This document shows, in pieces, positions 43,643-51,639 of a stretch of DNA of 63,948 nucleotides. Origin of the DNA: Candidatus Omnitrophota bacterium (GTDB lineage: Bacteria > Omnitrophota > Gorgyraeia > Aquiviventales > JACQRC01); NCBI GenBank assembly GCA_016206665.1, contig JACQRC010000105.1, positions 1-63,948 on the forward strand. The letters run 5' to 3'. Every line of letters begins with the position of its first letter. Within the stretch, counting starts at the first letter, position 1. A program made the translations under genes and the position numbers. The notes beneath the pieces are model-generated. The model made no database searches and was not told the origin of the DNA. It saw only the letters and a list, made by a program, of their open reading frames with translations.

Positions 43643-45039
43643 AACTCACGATGTTTCGGTTGCCGCCCTGCCAGCGCTTTCTTGCTACTTTCACCAGCCT
43701 CGCCCTCCTCACCGTCACCTGCCTCCAATACACCACCCCTGCCTTCGCCGAACAATCCCGCATCCGCTACTTCCACCCCGACCACTTAGGCAGTACGACC
43801 CTCGTCACCGACGAGCAGGGCCAGGTGGTCCAGGAGGTCTCCTACAAGCCGTATGGCGAAGTCTACGCCCAAGCCGGCGCCGTCAACCTGCCCCACAAGT
43901 TCACCGGCCAGCGCCACGATGTCTCGACGGGCCTCTACTACTACAATGCGCGGTACTACGACCCGCAGTTAGGTCGGTTCATCCAGCCGGACACCGTTGT
44001 TCAGGCGCCGGCGGATCCCCAAACGCTTAATAGGTACAGTTACGCCCGCAATAATCCTGTTCGATATGTCGATCCCACCGGCTATAGCTTCTGGAGCAAG
44101 TTTTTCGGGTCGATTGCTGCGATCTTTTTCTCTGTCGTCACGGCTGGCCTTGGCAGTCTACTGTCCGCGGCCATTTCTGCGGCGGCTTTTGGAGCGTTTG
44201 ATGCAGGAATTAGCGCTTACCAGGCAGGCGCTGGTTGGAATGGGGCTTTCAAAGCTGGCGCAATTGGAGCTGCGGCGGGCTTCGCCGGAAGTCTGGCCGG
44301 TGGTTTCACGTCCAATTTTGTTGGTGGATTAACCAACTCCTTTGCAGGCGATGCCTTTGGCTCTCTAGCTTTTGGTGCCACAAGTGGAGCAGTGGGAGCT
44401 GGCTTAAGCGGCGGATCAGTCGGACGTGGGACTTTAGCAGGAGCTGCGGCAAGCATTACGGCATTCACCTTAGCTCCTCTTGGCCCTAACGCAATGTTCT
44501 TAGCCAGCAGTGCCGTTGGGGCGGCTATCAGGGGTGAGGACCCTGTTGAGGCTTTGAAGGAAGGCGCTGGCGGTGGCCTCGGGTATACGGTGGCTACGAC
44601 TGCTTATGTCCACGCTACCGCCAGCCGGGTGCCTGCCAGCGGTCAAATTGACGCGCAGCCAGGTGACCGGCTCTACTATACTCCAGATTCACCTATCGGT
44701 CTGTTCGTTGTCCTCTTGGAAGGTGGTCCGTTCTCACACGTTAACGTCTATCTGGGAGATGGCAAAGTAGCTGATAATTCTCTTGGTACCAACACGCAAG
44801 AGCGCCAGCTATCGAAGTTTGCTGGTCGACCATACGTCTTGGCTCCGGCTCTGGGAATGCCCCAACAGAGCTTGTCCGCCTTGACTGGCGATCTGGCCAA
44901 GACCCATCCTCGTTACAATCCAATTCCTACTTCGCTATGGGTCTGCTCAACTTGTACCTCGACGATGTACGGTCAAGCTGGGCTCACCGGATTGTCCGGA
45001 ATCGGACCTAACGCGCAATACCTGCTTAATGACAAGTAA
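43639..45039 (+). CDS. mini-RHS toxin 2: signal peptide + RHS core + Gly/Ala-rich linker + distinct C-terminal domain (His then Cys, possibly permuted papain-like)
   Basis: MKLTMFRLPPCQRFLATFTSLALL; core nearly identical to toxin 1; C-terminal FSHVNVYLGDGK...WVCSTCTSTMY. Confidence 0.8.
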   Translation: MKLTMFRLPPCQRFLATFTSLALLTVTCLQYTTPAFAEQSRIRYFHPDHLGSTTLVTDEQGQVVQEVSYKPYGEVYAQAGAVNLPHKFTGQRHDVSTGLYYYNARYYDPQLGRFIQPDTVVQAPADPQTLNRYSYARNNPVRYVDPTGYSFWSKFFGSIAAIFFSVVTAGLGSLLSAAISAAAFGAFDAGISAYQAGAGWNGAFKAGAIGAAAGFAGSLAGGFTSNFVGGLTNSFAGDAFGSLAFGATSGAVGAGLSGGSVGRGTLAGAAASITAFTLAPLGPNAMFLASSAVGAAIRGEDPVEALKEGAGGGLGYTVATTAYVHATASRVPASGQIDAQPGDRLYYTPDSPIGLFVVLLEGGPFSHVNVYLGDGKVADNSLGTNTQERQLSKFAGRPYVLAPALGMPQQSLSALTGDLAKTHPRYNPIPTSLWVCSTCTSTMYGQAGLTGLSGIGPNAQYLLNDK

Positions 45040-45577
45040 ATTCGCACGTCTCGTGCCTCTGAAGAACACGTCCACCACACCTTCTATAGTTAGGACAATT
45101 TTTGTCTGTGGGCTGGCCGTTTTAGCTGGTTGCGCATCAATGCAACGGGTTAGGCATATTGATACCGCGACTTCGACATTTCTTAATGATTGGCGTCGCG
45201 AAAATTTCTTGGGAATGTACAGTCGTCTTCATTCGAACTTCCAAACGAAGGTTTCTCATGCGCAATTTGCCGGAGCTTTTCAAGCCATTGATAAAGTGAT
45301 AGGCCGCTTACAACATTTTGCAGAGCAGCCTATGCCTCGACACGCGCCGATATTGAACGAACGCATGTTCGCCGATCCTCTCGACTCTCCAGGAGCTCTG
45401 GTGGTAAGGAGGTACCGTTTGCAATTCGACCGATCAGAAGGATTCCTCATCGTCGAAATTGGAAGAGAGGGGGAGGACATTAAAATTGTGGGTCTCGGCA
45501 TAGACATCCCAGAGCTCAAACAGCCACCGCTCTCCGAGGAATTAAAGCCCTTTGGCATAGGGACTGGAAGCGATTGA
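45029..45577 (+). CDS. hypothetical lipoprotein, candidate immunity protein for mini-RHS toxin 2
   Basis: 11-nt overlap with the toxin stop; lipobox LAGCAS. Confidence 0.5.
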   Translation: MTSKFARLVPLKNTSTTPSIVRTIFVCGLAVLAGCASMQRVRHIDTATSTFLNDWRRENFLGMYSRLHSNFQTKVSHAQFAGAFQAIDKVIGRLQHFAEQPMPRHAPILNERMFADPLDSPGALVVRRYRLQFDRSEGFLIVEIGREGEDIKIVGLGIDIPELKQPPLSEELKPFGIGTGSD

Positions 45578-45631
45578 GAATGGAACCGGATTTTTCTGCC
45601 ACTGTACCACCCTCCAAGACATGACAAACAT

Positions 45632-46147
45632 ATGAATATGCGTTCGCGTGCCCTTAGGCTGTGCGCTATTCTCATGGTTGCCGCAATGGCTTGCGGCGGG
45701 TGCGCGACGGCGTTGATCAGCGGGGCTCTGAACACGCTGACGCATGAACCGATTGAGCGAACAAAGTTACCATCCAAGACGTTTACTGTGGACGCGACAC
45801 CGGAAAAGACTTTCCAGGCCGCACTTTCGGTCCTGCAAGTGGAAGGGTACGAGATTCAGACGCAAGATGTTACAGGAGGTCTCATTGAGACCGTTATGAA
45901 GCCGACGACTTCAAAATCTCAGCGATTCCTGTCCGGTGCAGTGTACGGGGCGAAGGGAAATAGCGAAGGATGGATCGTCGAAATTGCCAAAGTTGACCAA
46001 GGGACTGCGATAACGCTGCGCGCGCTGGTGGTCGCGGAGTTTGCGCTCGGTAAGCCATCGTATGACGCCGGACTGTCGAGAACGTTGCTGAGGCAAAAAG
46101 GTGACGATCTTGCCCGCTCCATCATCAATCTCCTGCGTTCCCAATAG
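45632..46147 (+). CDS. hypothetical lipoprotein
   Basis: Signal peptide with Cys (MACGGCA). Confidence 0.5.
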   Translation: MNMRSRALRLCAILMVAAMACGGCATALISGALNTLTHEPIERTKLPSKTFTVDATPEKTFQAALSVLQVEGYEIQTQDVTGGLIETVMKPTTSKSQRFLSGAVYGAKGNSEGWIVEIAKVDQGTAITLRALVVAEFALGKPSYDAGLSRTLLRQKGDDLARSIINLLRSQ

Positions 46148-46150
46148 ACC

Positions 46151-46756
46151 ATGGCATCGAGAGGTTCGATGGCCAATGCAATAGCGGGAGTCAGCTCGTT
46201 TCAACTAACGGTCTACCGCTGCCCTGTGTTCTTGCGCATCCTTGCTGCAGTCGCTGGGGTTGCAAGCTGCGCCGGCGCCATCACCTTGATGACCCAGACA
46301 TTCTCGCTGGAAGGTGGGGAGACGTGGGACAGGGTCGCAGCCGGAGTACTAATGGTGGTTGGCTTAGGAGGCCTCCTCATCAATGTGGAGCGTTACGAAG
46401 TAAGCGATCAAGGCCTCACGTGGCGGGTCTTGGGATGGCGGACGTTCCTGCGTTGGGATGAGATTCAACGACTTGCCCTGCTCCCCGGCGGCGAATGGCC
46501 TTTCTTAGCGTGCTACGCCATCTGTACCAGTCGGAAGCCACGGTGGAACTGGCCGCGCATGTATTTTTACAGCTGGATCGCACGCAACGACGAGTTCAAG
46601 TCCCTGATCATCGCGCGCGCGAACTTAACCCAAACATCCCAGCCAGGTGTGTTCTCACACGAACTGTACGAGCGACTGACGCCAGCGGAAACGCTTCGTC
46701 TACAGACACAGTCTCCAGGAACCCGAGGAAAAGGCGATGCACTGCTTCTACCATGA
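46151..46756 (+). CDS. hypothetical membrane protein
   Basis: Two TM helices, then YEVSDQGLTWRVLGWRTFLRWDEIQRL (bacterial PH-like pattern). Confidence 0.45.
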   Translation: MASRGSMANAIAGVSSFQLTVYRCPVFLRILAAVAGVASCAGAITLMTQTFSLEGGETWDRVAAGVLMVVGLGGLLINVERYEVSDQGLTWRVLGWRTFLRWDEIQRLALLPGGEWPFLACYAICTSRKPRWNWPRMYFYSWIARNDEFKSLIIARANLTQTSQPGVFSHELYERLTPAETLRLQTQSPGTRGKGDALLLP

Positions 46757-47081
46757 GCAGATTGACTCCGTTGCGGTTTGCAAGAGCTGCTACAGAGCAC
46801 TATGTCATGGTTGTTTGGTGCAGGGGCGAGGAGGCATCAGTTGCCGGGGGCCGTGTGAGGAAGCCGTCGCCCTCATGGGTTCCGTCATGGAGCGGGGAAT
46901 GTCAAACTTACGAACTGCAAGAACAGCCCAACAACGCTCTTCGCTTCTTATGGCCTTGATGGGCCTTGCCATGCTGGCTACCGGCTTGTGGCAGGGGCCC
47001 AGGATGTTGTCGGGTATAGGCGTAGTCTGTTTGTTCGGCGCGTTTCTTTATTACTTGAACGCCCGTGAATTGAAGAAGTAG
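46737..47081 (+). CDS. Cys-rich (B-box/zinc-ribbon-like) membrane protein
   Basis: MHCFYHEQIDSVAVCKSCYRALCHGC..CRGPC, then two TM helices. Confidence 0.45.
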   Translation: MHCFYHEQIDSVAVCKSCYRALCHGCLVQGRGGISCRGPCEEAVALMGSVMERGMSNLRTARTAQQRSSLLMALMGLAMLATGLWQGPRMLSGIGVVCLFGAFLYYLNARELKK

Positions 47082-47450
47082 ATGGTACAGTCAAAACGCT
47101 TGCGTATTTTAGGGTGGGCGTGTACGGCGATCCTGATTGCCGGATGTGTAGCAACTGGCGCACAAGCCCTCCGCTTAATGTCGCCAGAGGAAACAACCTT
47201 TGTCGAAAATGTCCTGGCGAAGATCGCCCCAGGAATGACCAAGGAGGAAGTCACCCAAATTCTCGGTACGGATTACTCTACACAGCCATTCATGAGGATG
47301 TGGTATCCAAAGTTGGGCGCGGGAAGAAGTCAGGTCCGGGTTTATTTCCTGAAGGGAAAAGTGTTCAGGGTCGTTTGGATCAAATTGGGTGGGCGGTCCT
47401 TCATCTATGAGCCATTTCCTCCAACCGATCCTTCTGATAGAGCAGAGTAG
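47082..47450 (+). CDS. BamE/SmpA-OmlA-like small lipoprotein
   Basis: Lipobox LIAGCVA; IAPGMTKEEVTQILG motif. Confidence 0.55.
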   Translation: MVQSKRLRILGWACTAILIAGCVATGAQALRLMSPEETTFVENVLAKIAPGMTKEEVTQILGTDYSTQPFMRMWYPKLGAGRSQVRVYFLKGKVFRVVWIKLGGRSFIYEPFPPTDPSDRAE

Positions 47451-47568
47451 TTGCGCCACAATTCACATGATCCTGCCCACCAGTAGTTGACCTACCGAGC
47501 ACCCGTTCACGGCCAGCCGAGAGGCATCAGACAACACCGCCGCAGCATAGCCGAGCGGCAATTACGCC

Positions 47569-47597
47569 TTGACGATATAACCTTCAGGTTATATACT
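47569..47597 (+). promoter_or_regulatory. promoter with embedded operator palindrome for the toxin-antitoxin pair
   Basis: TTGACG-17 nt-TATACT, 4 nt before the ATG; the spacer contains the perfect inverted repeat ATATAACCT-TC-AGGTTATAT (47575-47594). Confidence 0.5.
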
Positions 47598-47601
47598 TAA
47601 T

Positions 47602-47964
47602 ATGAGCCGCAAGCGAGCCATTTATTACCCGGATGCCAGGGGCAAGATACCAGCCTTGTCGTTCCTACGCGGGCTGCCGCAGGACGAGCAACAGAAGGCG
47701 TACGCGTACATCAGCTACCTGGAGGAGCAGGGGGAGGCCTTGCGGCGGCCCATTGCGGAGTACCTGGGCGGCAAGCTGTACGAGCTCCGACCAAAGCAGG
47801 TTCGCATCCTCTACGCCTTTGTTGGTCGGCAGGATGTCGTCATCCTCCATGCGTTTCGGAAGAAGACGGGATCGGTCCCAACCAGCGAGCAGCGGTTGGC
47901 TCAGGCCAGACTGGCAGATTTTGTTCGGCGGCAGGGACAAGGCATGATTGCCATCACGAGGTAA
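47602..47964 (+). CDS. RelE/ParE-superfamily toxin of the Gp49/HigB-like type
   Basis: LSFLRGLP..YLEEQGEALRRPIAEYLGGKLYELRPKQVRILYAF..VVILHAFRKKT. Confidence 0.8.
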   Translation: MSRKRAIYYPDARGKIPALSFLRGLPQDEQQKAYAYISYLEEQGEALRRPIAEYLGGKLYELRPKQVRILYAFVGRQDVVILHAFRKKTGSVPTSEQRLAQARLADFVRRQGQGMIAITR

Positions 47965-47970
47965 GGACGG

Positions 47971-48282
47971 ATGAAGCGGGTCAAGGCAGTCACTCATCGA
48001 CATGTGTTGAAGCGGCTGCTAAAGCGGCAGGACTTTCGGCGCGGCTATGAGGAGGAATTAGATAAGCTCCGGCTGGTGGATGCGTTGATCGCGCTGCGGC
48101 AGCGGCAGGGTCTGACGCAAGAGGCCTTGGCCAAACGGCTCAAGGTTAGTCAACCCTTTATTGCCAAGCTCGAGCGCGCCGAGACTCACAATTTTACCCT
48201 CGATACGCTGATCAAAGTGGTCGAGGCCTTAAACGGCGAACTGGTCATCCACGTCAAACCCAAAAAACTCCTGGCAGCTTAA
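47971..48282 (+). CDS. XRE-family HTH antitoxin (HigA-like)
   Basis: LRQRQGLTQEALAKRLKVSQPFIAKLERAE. Confidence 0.8.
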   Translation: MKRVKAVTHRHVLKRLLKRQDFRRGYEEELDKLRLVDALIALRQRQGLTQEALAKRLKVSQPFIAKLERAETHNFTLDTLIKVVEALNGELVIHVKPKKLLAA

Positions 48283-48371
48283 CGCATTCACCTGCCGCTT
48301 GACAGGGACCAGGTAGTAAGAGAGAGTTATTATCGATGAGACAATCGTAAGAATATAACCGGAGCGCGTCC

Positions 48372-48581
48372 ATGACCCAGGTGACGGTCTCGTCCAAGTA
48401 TCAAGTGGTGATCCCCCGGGAGGTGCGGCGGCAGTTGCCGCTGCGCATGGGGCAGAAGCTGGCCGTCCTGGTCAAGGAGGGTGTGATCACCCTACTGCCT
48501 GACCGTCCGCTCTCGGCCTTTCGCGGGTTCCTGAAGGACATGCGGGTCGGGGCCATCCGGGATAAGCGGGATCGGGTGTGA
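48372..48581 (+). CDS. AbrB/MazE/SpoVT-family antitoxin, apparently orphan
   Basis: VTVSSKYQVVIPREVRRQL swapped-hairpin motif; no toxin ORF follows. Confidence 0.75.
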   Translation: MTQVTVSSKYQVVIPREVRRQLPLRMGQKLAVLVKEGVITLLPDRPLSAFRGFLKDMRVGAIRDKRDRV

Positions 48582-48689
48582 CCTCCCTCAAGCGGCCTTG
48601 ATTATGAAAAGCCAGGTGTTCAGTACGCTGCTTAAGAGCAGCGATGAGGCCCTGCGCTCCTAATCATGCGACGTGACACAACTGCGATG

Positions 48690-48719
48690 TTGACAAAAGG
48701 CACACAATGGGTGTACACT
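48690..48719 (+). promoter_or_regulatory. sigma70-like promoter for brnTA
   Basis: TTGACA-18 nt-TACACT, 4 nt before the ATG; GTGTACAC palindrome overlaps the -10. Confidence 0.45.
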
Positions 48720-48723
48720 TAAC

Positions 48724-49023
48724 ATGGCACGGTACCAGTGGGATCAGGCCAAAAATGAGTGGTTGTTGCGGGAGCGTGGGATTTCCTTTGATCAGGTCGT
48801 CTGGCATATCGCTGAGGGCGATCTATTGGATGTGCTCATTTCTGACAAGGCGCAGTACCAAGGGCAGAAGCAGTTTGTGGTCGCCGTGCGTGGCTACGCT
48901 TATCTTGTGCCCTTTGTTGAGGAGGGGGACGCGATTGTCTTGAAGACTATCATCCCCAGTCGCAAGCTGACCAGGCAGTACCTGCGGAAAGGAGGAGCAG
49001 GCGATGGCACGACTGCATCGTGA
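48724..49023 (+). CDS. brnT: BrnT-family (DUF497) ribonuclease toxin
   Basis: YQWDQAKNEWLLRERGISFDQVV....VVAVRGYAYLVPFVEEGDAIVLKTIIPSRK. Confidence 0.8.
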   Translation: MARYQWDQAKNEWLLRERGISFDQVVWHIAEGDLLDVLISDKAQYQGQKQFVVAVRGYAYLVPFVEEGDAIVLKTIIPSRKLTRQYLRKGGAGDGTTAS

Positions 49024-49270
49024 GGAGCGGGAGCTTCTGAGATCGGTGGAGCGCGGAGCATGGCGACCGGCCGGCAAGACGGCGCTGGGCCGGTACGTGC
49101 GTGCGGCGCGCCGCACCCTGAAGAAGAACCGTCGGGTCAACATCCGCCTGGCGCAGATGGATCTGGAGGGCCTCCAGATCAAAGCGGTGGAAGAAGGCCT
49201 GCCGTATCAGACCCTGATCTCCAGCGTCCTCCACAAGTATGTCACCGGCTCCCTGATCGCGAAGCACTAA
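49004..49270 (+). CDS. brnA: BrnA-family antitoxin
   Basis: 20-nt overlap with brnT; NIRLAQMDLEGLQIKAVEEGLPYQTLISSVLHKY. Confidence 0.8.
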   Translation: MARLHREERELLRSVERGAWRPAGKTALGRYVRAARRTLKKNRRVNIRLAQMDLEGLQIKAVEEGLPYQTLISSVLHKYVTGSLIAKH

Positions 49271-49372
49271 CGTGCGCACAGGGTATCCTCGTCAGCGCCA
49301 GAATGTTATGATGAATTAACCAATTAAATCACAGTTGGTTACAATAAATTACCCTGCTCCTCAATTTTCCCC

Positions 49373-49402
49373 TTGACAGCCTGCCTGTGGATTTCGTAAG
49401 AT
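49373..49402 (+). promoter_or_regulatory. sigma70-like promoter in the long spacer upstream of the excisionase-like gene
   Basis: TTGACA-18 nt-TAAGAT. Confidence 0.4.
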
Positions 49403-49484
49403 AAGAACTACGAAAATTCGGAAGGAACAAGCACAAAGCTACGGCCGCGGGGTCGTAGCTTGTGTTGTCTTTAGGGCAAAATTG

Positions 49485-49582
49485 ACCACGGAAACACGGA
49501 GGCGGCGCCTGATGGCGCCTTCACGGAAGCACGGAACAAAGCAATTCCGTGTCTCCGTGGCTTTCCGTGATTCCGTGGTGTA
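49485..49582. repeat. palindromic CACGGAA element with a GGCGCC-TGAT-GGCGCC insert in the left arm
   Basis: ACCACGGAAACACGGA[GGCGGCGCCTGATGGCGCC]TTCACGGAAGCACGGAA CAAAGCA ATTCCGTGTCTCCGTGGCTTTCCGTGATTCCGTGGTGTA. Confidence 0.9.
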
Positions 49583-49592
49583 GGCGGGACGC

Positions 49593-49814
49593 ATGAACGA
49601 CTCCATCCTGACCATCACCGAACTCCACCTCTACCTGAAGATCCCCAAGCAGACCCTCTATGCCTTGGCCCAGCAGGGGAGGATTCCGGCGGCGAAGATC
49701 GGCAAGCACTGGCGGTTCCAGAAGTCGTCCATTGACCGATGGATGCGCAGCCAGCATCGGGTCAGGGAGCATCAGCTGGCTGGGATCAAGAGTGGGAATG
49801 GGAATAACAATTAA
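49593..49814 (+). CDS. excisionase-family (MerR-like HTH_17) DNA-binding protein
   Basis: LTITELHLYLKIPKQTLYALAQQGRIPAAKIGKHWRFQKSSIDRWM. Confidence 0.8.
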   Translation: MNDSILTITELHLYLKIPKQTLYALAQQGRIPAAKIGKHWRFQKSSIDRWMRSQHRVREHQLAGIKSGNGNNN

Positions 49815-49820
49815 AAATGA

Positions 49821-49907
49821 CACTTAAAGCACACCACGAAAACACGAAAGGTCACGAAACCACGAAACGACGTTTTCGTGATTTCGTGCGGTTTCGTGCT
49901 TTCGTGG
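49821..49907. repeat. empty palindromic CACGAAA element
   Basis: CACTTAAAGCACAC CACGAAA A CACGAAA GGT CACGAAA C CACGAAA CGACG TTTTCGTG A TTTCGTG CGG TTTCGTG C TTTCGTGG; starts 7 nt after the stop codon. Confidence 0.9.
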
Positions 49908-49926
49908 TTTATTTGATGTGGCGGAT

Positions 49927-51174
49927 ATGAACCCCAGACGTGTCGTGATCACCGGAGTAGGAGTCATCGCCCCGAACGGCATCGGGAAGGAAGCCTTTTG
50001 GGATGCCCTCGCGCATGGCCGCTCCGGCATCAGGCGCATCGAGCCGGAGAAGTTTGATGCCAGTCTCTTTCCCACCCAGTTCGCCGGTCACTTGGACGGC
50101 TTCGACCCGACGAAATGGCTGGACTTCAAGCGGGCCAAGCGGATGGAGCGCACCTCCCACCTCGCGGTCTGCGCGGCCAAGATGGCCGTGCAGGATGCAG
50201 GGCTCGATGTCTCTAAGGAAGACTCCAGCCGGATCGGTGTCATCGTCGGCACCGCGATGGCCGGGCAAGAGTTTTTGGTGCGGGAGCACTACCGATATAT
50301 GGAACGGGGGCCGATGAAGATCAACCCCTTTACCGCGATTGCCTCGTTTCCCGATGCGCCGTCCAGCAATATTTCCATTGAACTCGGCGTCCACGGGCCG
50401 AGTTTTTCGATGGCCACGGCCTGCTCCTCGGCCTCGGACGCTGTCGGCTATGCCTTCAATGCCATCCGCAAAGGCGATCTCGACATGTTCATCATGGGCG
50501 GGGCCGAGGCGGCGGTCTTCCCTGAGAGCATGGCCGCCTTCTGCATGCTGCGGGCCCTCTCGACGCGTAACGACGCCCCGGAAAAAGCTTCCCGTCCATT
50601 CGACAAGCTGCGTGACGGATTTGTGTTGGGGGAGGGGGCAGGAATCCTCGTCCTCGAATCGCTCGATCACGCCAAGAAACGCGGCGTGCACATTTACGCG
50701 GAGCTGTTAGGCTTTGGCATGACCTGCGATGCCTACCATATGACGCAACCCGAGCCGACCGGCAAGGAAGCCGCCCGGGCGCTCCAACAGGCCCTCCAGG
50801 ATGCCAAGGTCTCTCCAGACGAGATCGACTACATCAATGCCCACGGCACCTCGACCCCGCTCAACGACAAAAATGAAACTGCCGTCATCAAACAAGTCTT
50901 CGGCCAGCGCGCCTACAAGATTCCCATCAGCGCCACCAAATCGATGATCGGCCATTTGATCGGCGCCGCCGGCTCAGTTGAGCTCATCGCCAGCCTCCTG
51001 GCCATCGAGCATCAAGTGATTCCACCGACGATTAACTACGAAGTTCCTGATCCAGAGTGCGACCTCGATTATGTCCCGAACCAGGCCCGTCCGGCCAAGA
51101 TCCGCACGGTGCTCAAGAATTCCTTTGGTTTTGGAGGGAAGAACTCCGCGTTGGTGGTTCGAAGGTACGCCTGA
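49927..51174 (+). CDS. beta-ketoacyl-ACP synthase II paralog (second KAS II in the window)
   Basis: VVITGVGVIAPNG; catalytic Cys (ATACSSASDA) and both His (DAYHMT, NAHGTST) are present. Confidence 0.88.
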   Translation: MNPRRVVITGVGVIAPNGIGKEAFWDALAHGRSGIRRIEPEKFDASLFPTQFAGHLDGFDPTKWLDFKRAKRMERTSHLAVCAAKMAVQDAGLDVSKEDSSRIGVIVGTAMAGQEFLVREHYRYMERGPMKINPFTAIASFPDAPSSNISIELGVHGPSFSMATACSSASDAVGYAFNAIRKGDLDMFIMGGAEAAVFPESMAAFCMLRALSTRNDAPEKASRPFDKLRDGFVLGEGAGILVLESLDHAKKRGVHIYAELLGFGMTCDAYHMTQPEPTGKEAARALQQALQDAKVSPDEIDYINAHGTSTPLNDKNETAVIKQVFGQRAYKIPISATKSMIGHLIGAAGSVELIASLLAIEHQVIPPTINYEVPDPECDLDYVPNQARPAKIRTVLKNSFGFGGKNSALVVRRYA

Positions 51175-51497
51175 TGACTGCTCCAACGGTGGACCAACGT
51201 CTGGCCCAGGCGATCCAAGAGCTCAAAGACTACGGGGCGCAGAAGATCATTCTGTTCGGTTCGGCAGCCCGGGGCGAGGTTGATGAGTACAGCGATCTCG
51301 ACCTCGTCGTCATTAAGCCCACGGGCCAGCGGTTTCTCGAGCGCCTCCGCGAGGTCGTGAAACGCTGCCCGGTCGCCGGTGGCGAGGATGTGCTCGTCTA
51401 TACGCCGGAAGAATGGCAGCGGATGGCCGAGCACGAGAGTCCCTTTGCCGAGGCCGTCGAGCGCGAGCGACGGGTGGTCTATGAAGCACAGCACTGA
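51174..51497 (+). CDS. MNT-type nucleotidyltransferase (antitoxin-like half of a HEPN/MNT pair)
   Basis: TGATG overlap with the KAS II stop; ILFGSAARGEVDEYSDLDLVVI (GSx10DxD). Confidence 0.8.
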   Translation: MTAPTVDQRLAQAIQELKDYGAQKIILFGSAARGEVDEYSDLDLVVIKPTGQRFLERLREVVKRCPVAGGEDVLVYTPEEWQRMAEHESPFAEAVERERRVVYEAQH

Positions 51498-51594
51498 GGT
51501 GCCCTTCGAGGAGTACACGGCGACAGAGGCCCGGGAAGCCCTCCAGATGGCGCAGCAGATCATGACGCTGGTGCAGCAGAAGGTGGGGACATGA
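51481..51594 (+). pseudogene. 37-codon remnant resembling the C-terminal end of a HEPN partner
   Basis: 17-nt overlap with the MNT gene as in intact pairs, but only MKHSTEVPFEEYTATEAREALQMAQQIMTLVQQKVGT remains; no Rx4-6H motif. Confidence 0.4.
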
Positions 51595-51639
51595 AGCTTG
51601 GCGTCGGCGGCAAGCATTCGGCGTTGGTGGTGAGGAAGT

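Noticed and set aside
49593-49814. Excisionase-like gene as evidence of an intact prophage or integrative element
   Set aside because: No integrase, recombinase, tRNA attachment site or phage structural genes are visible in the window. At most it is a remnant or a stand-alone regulator.
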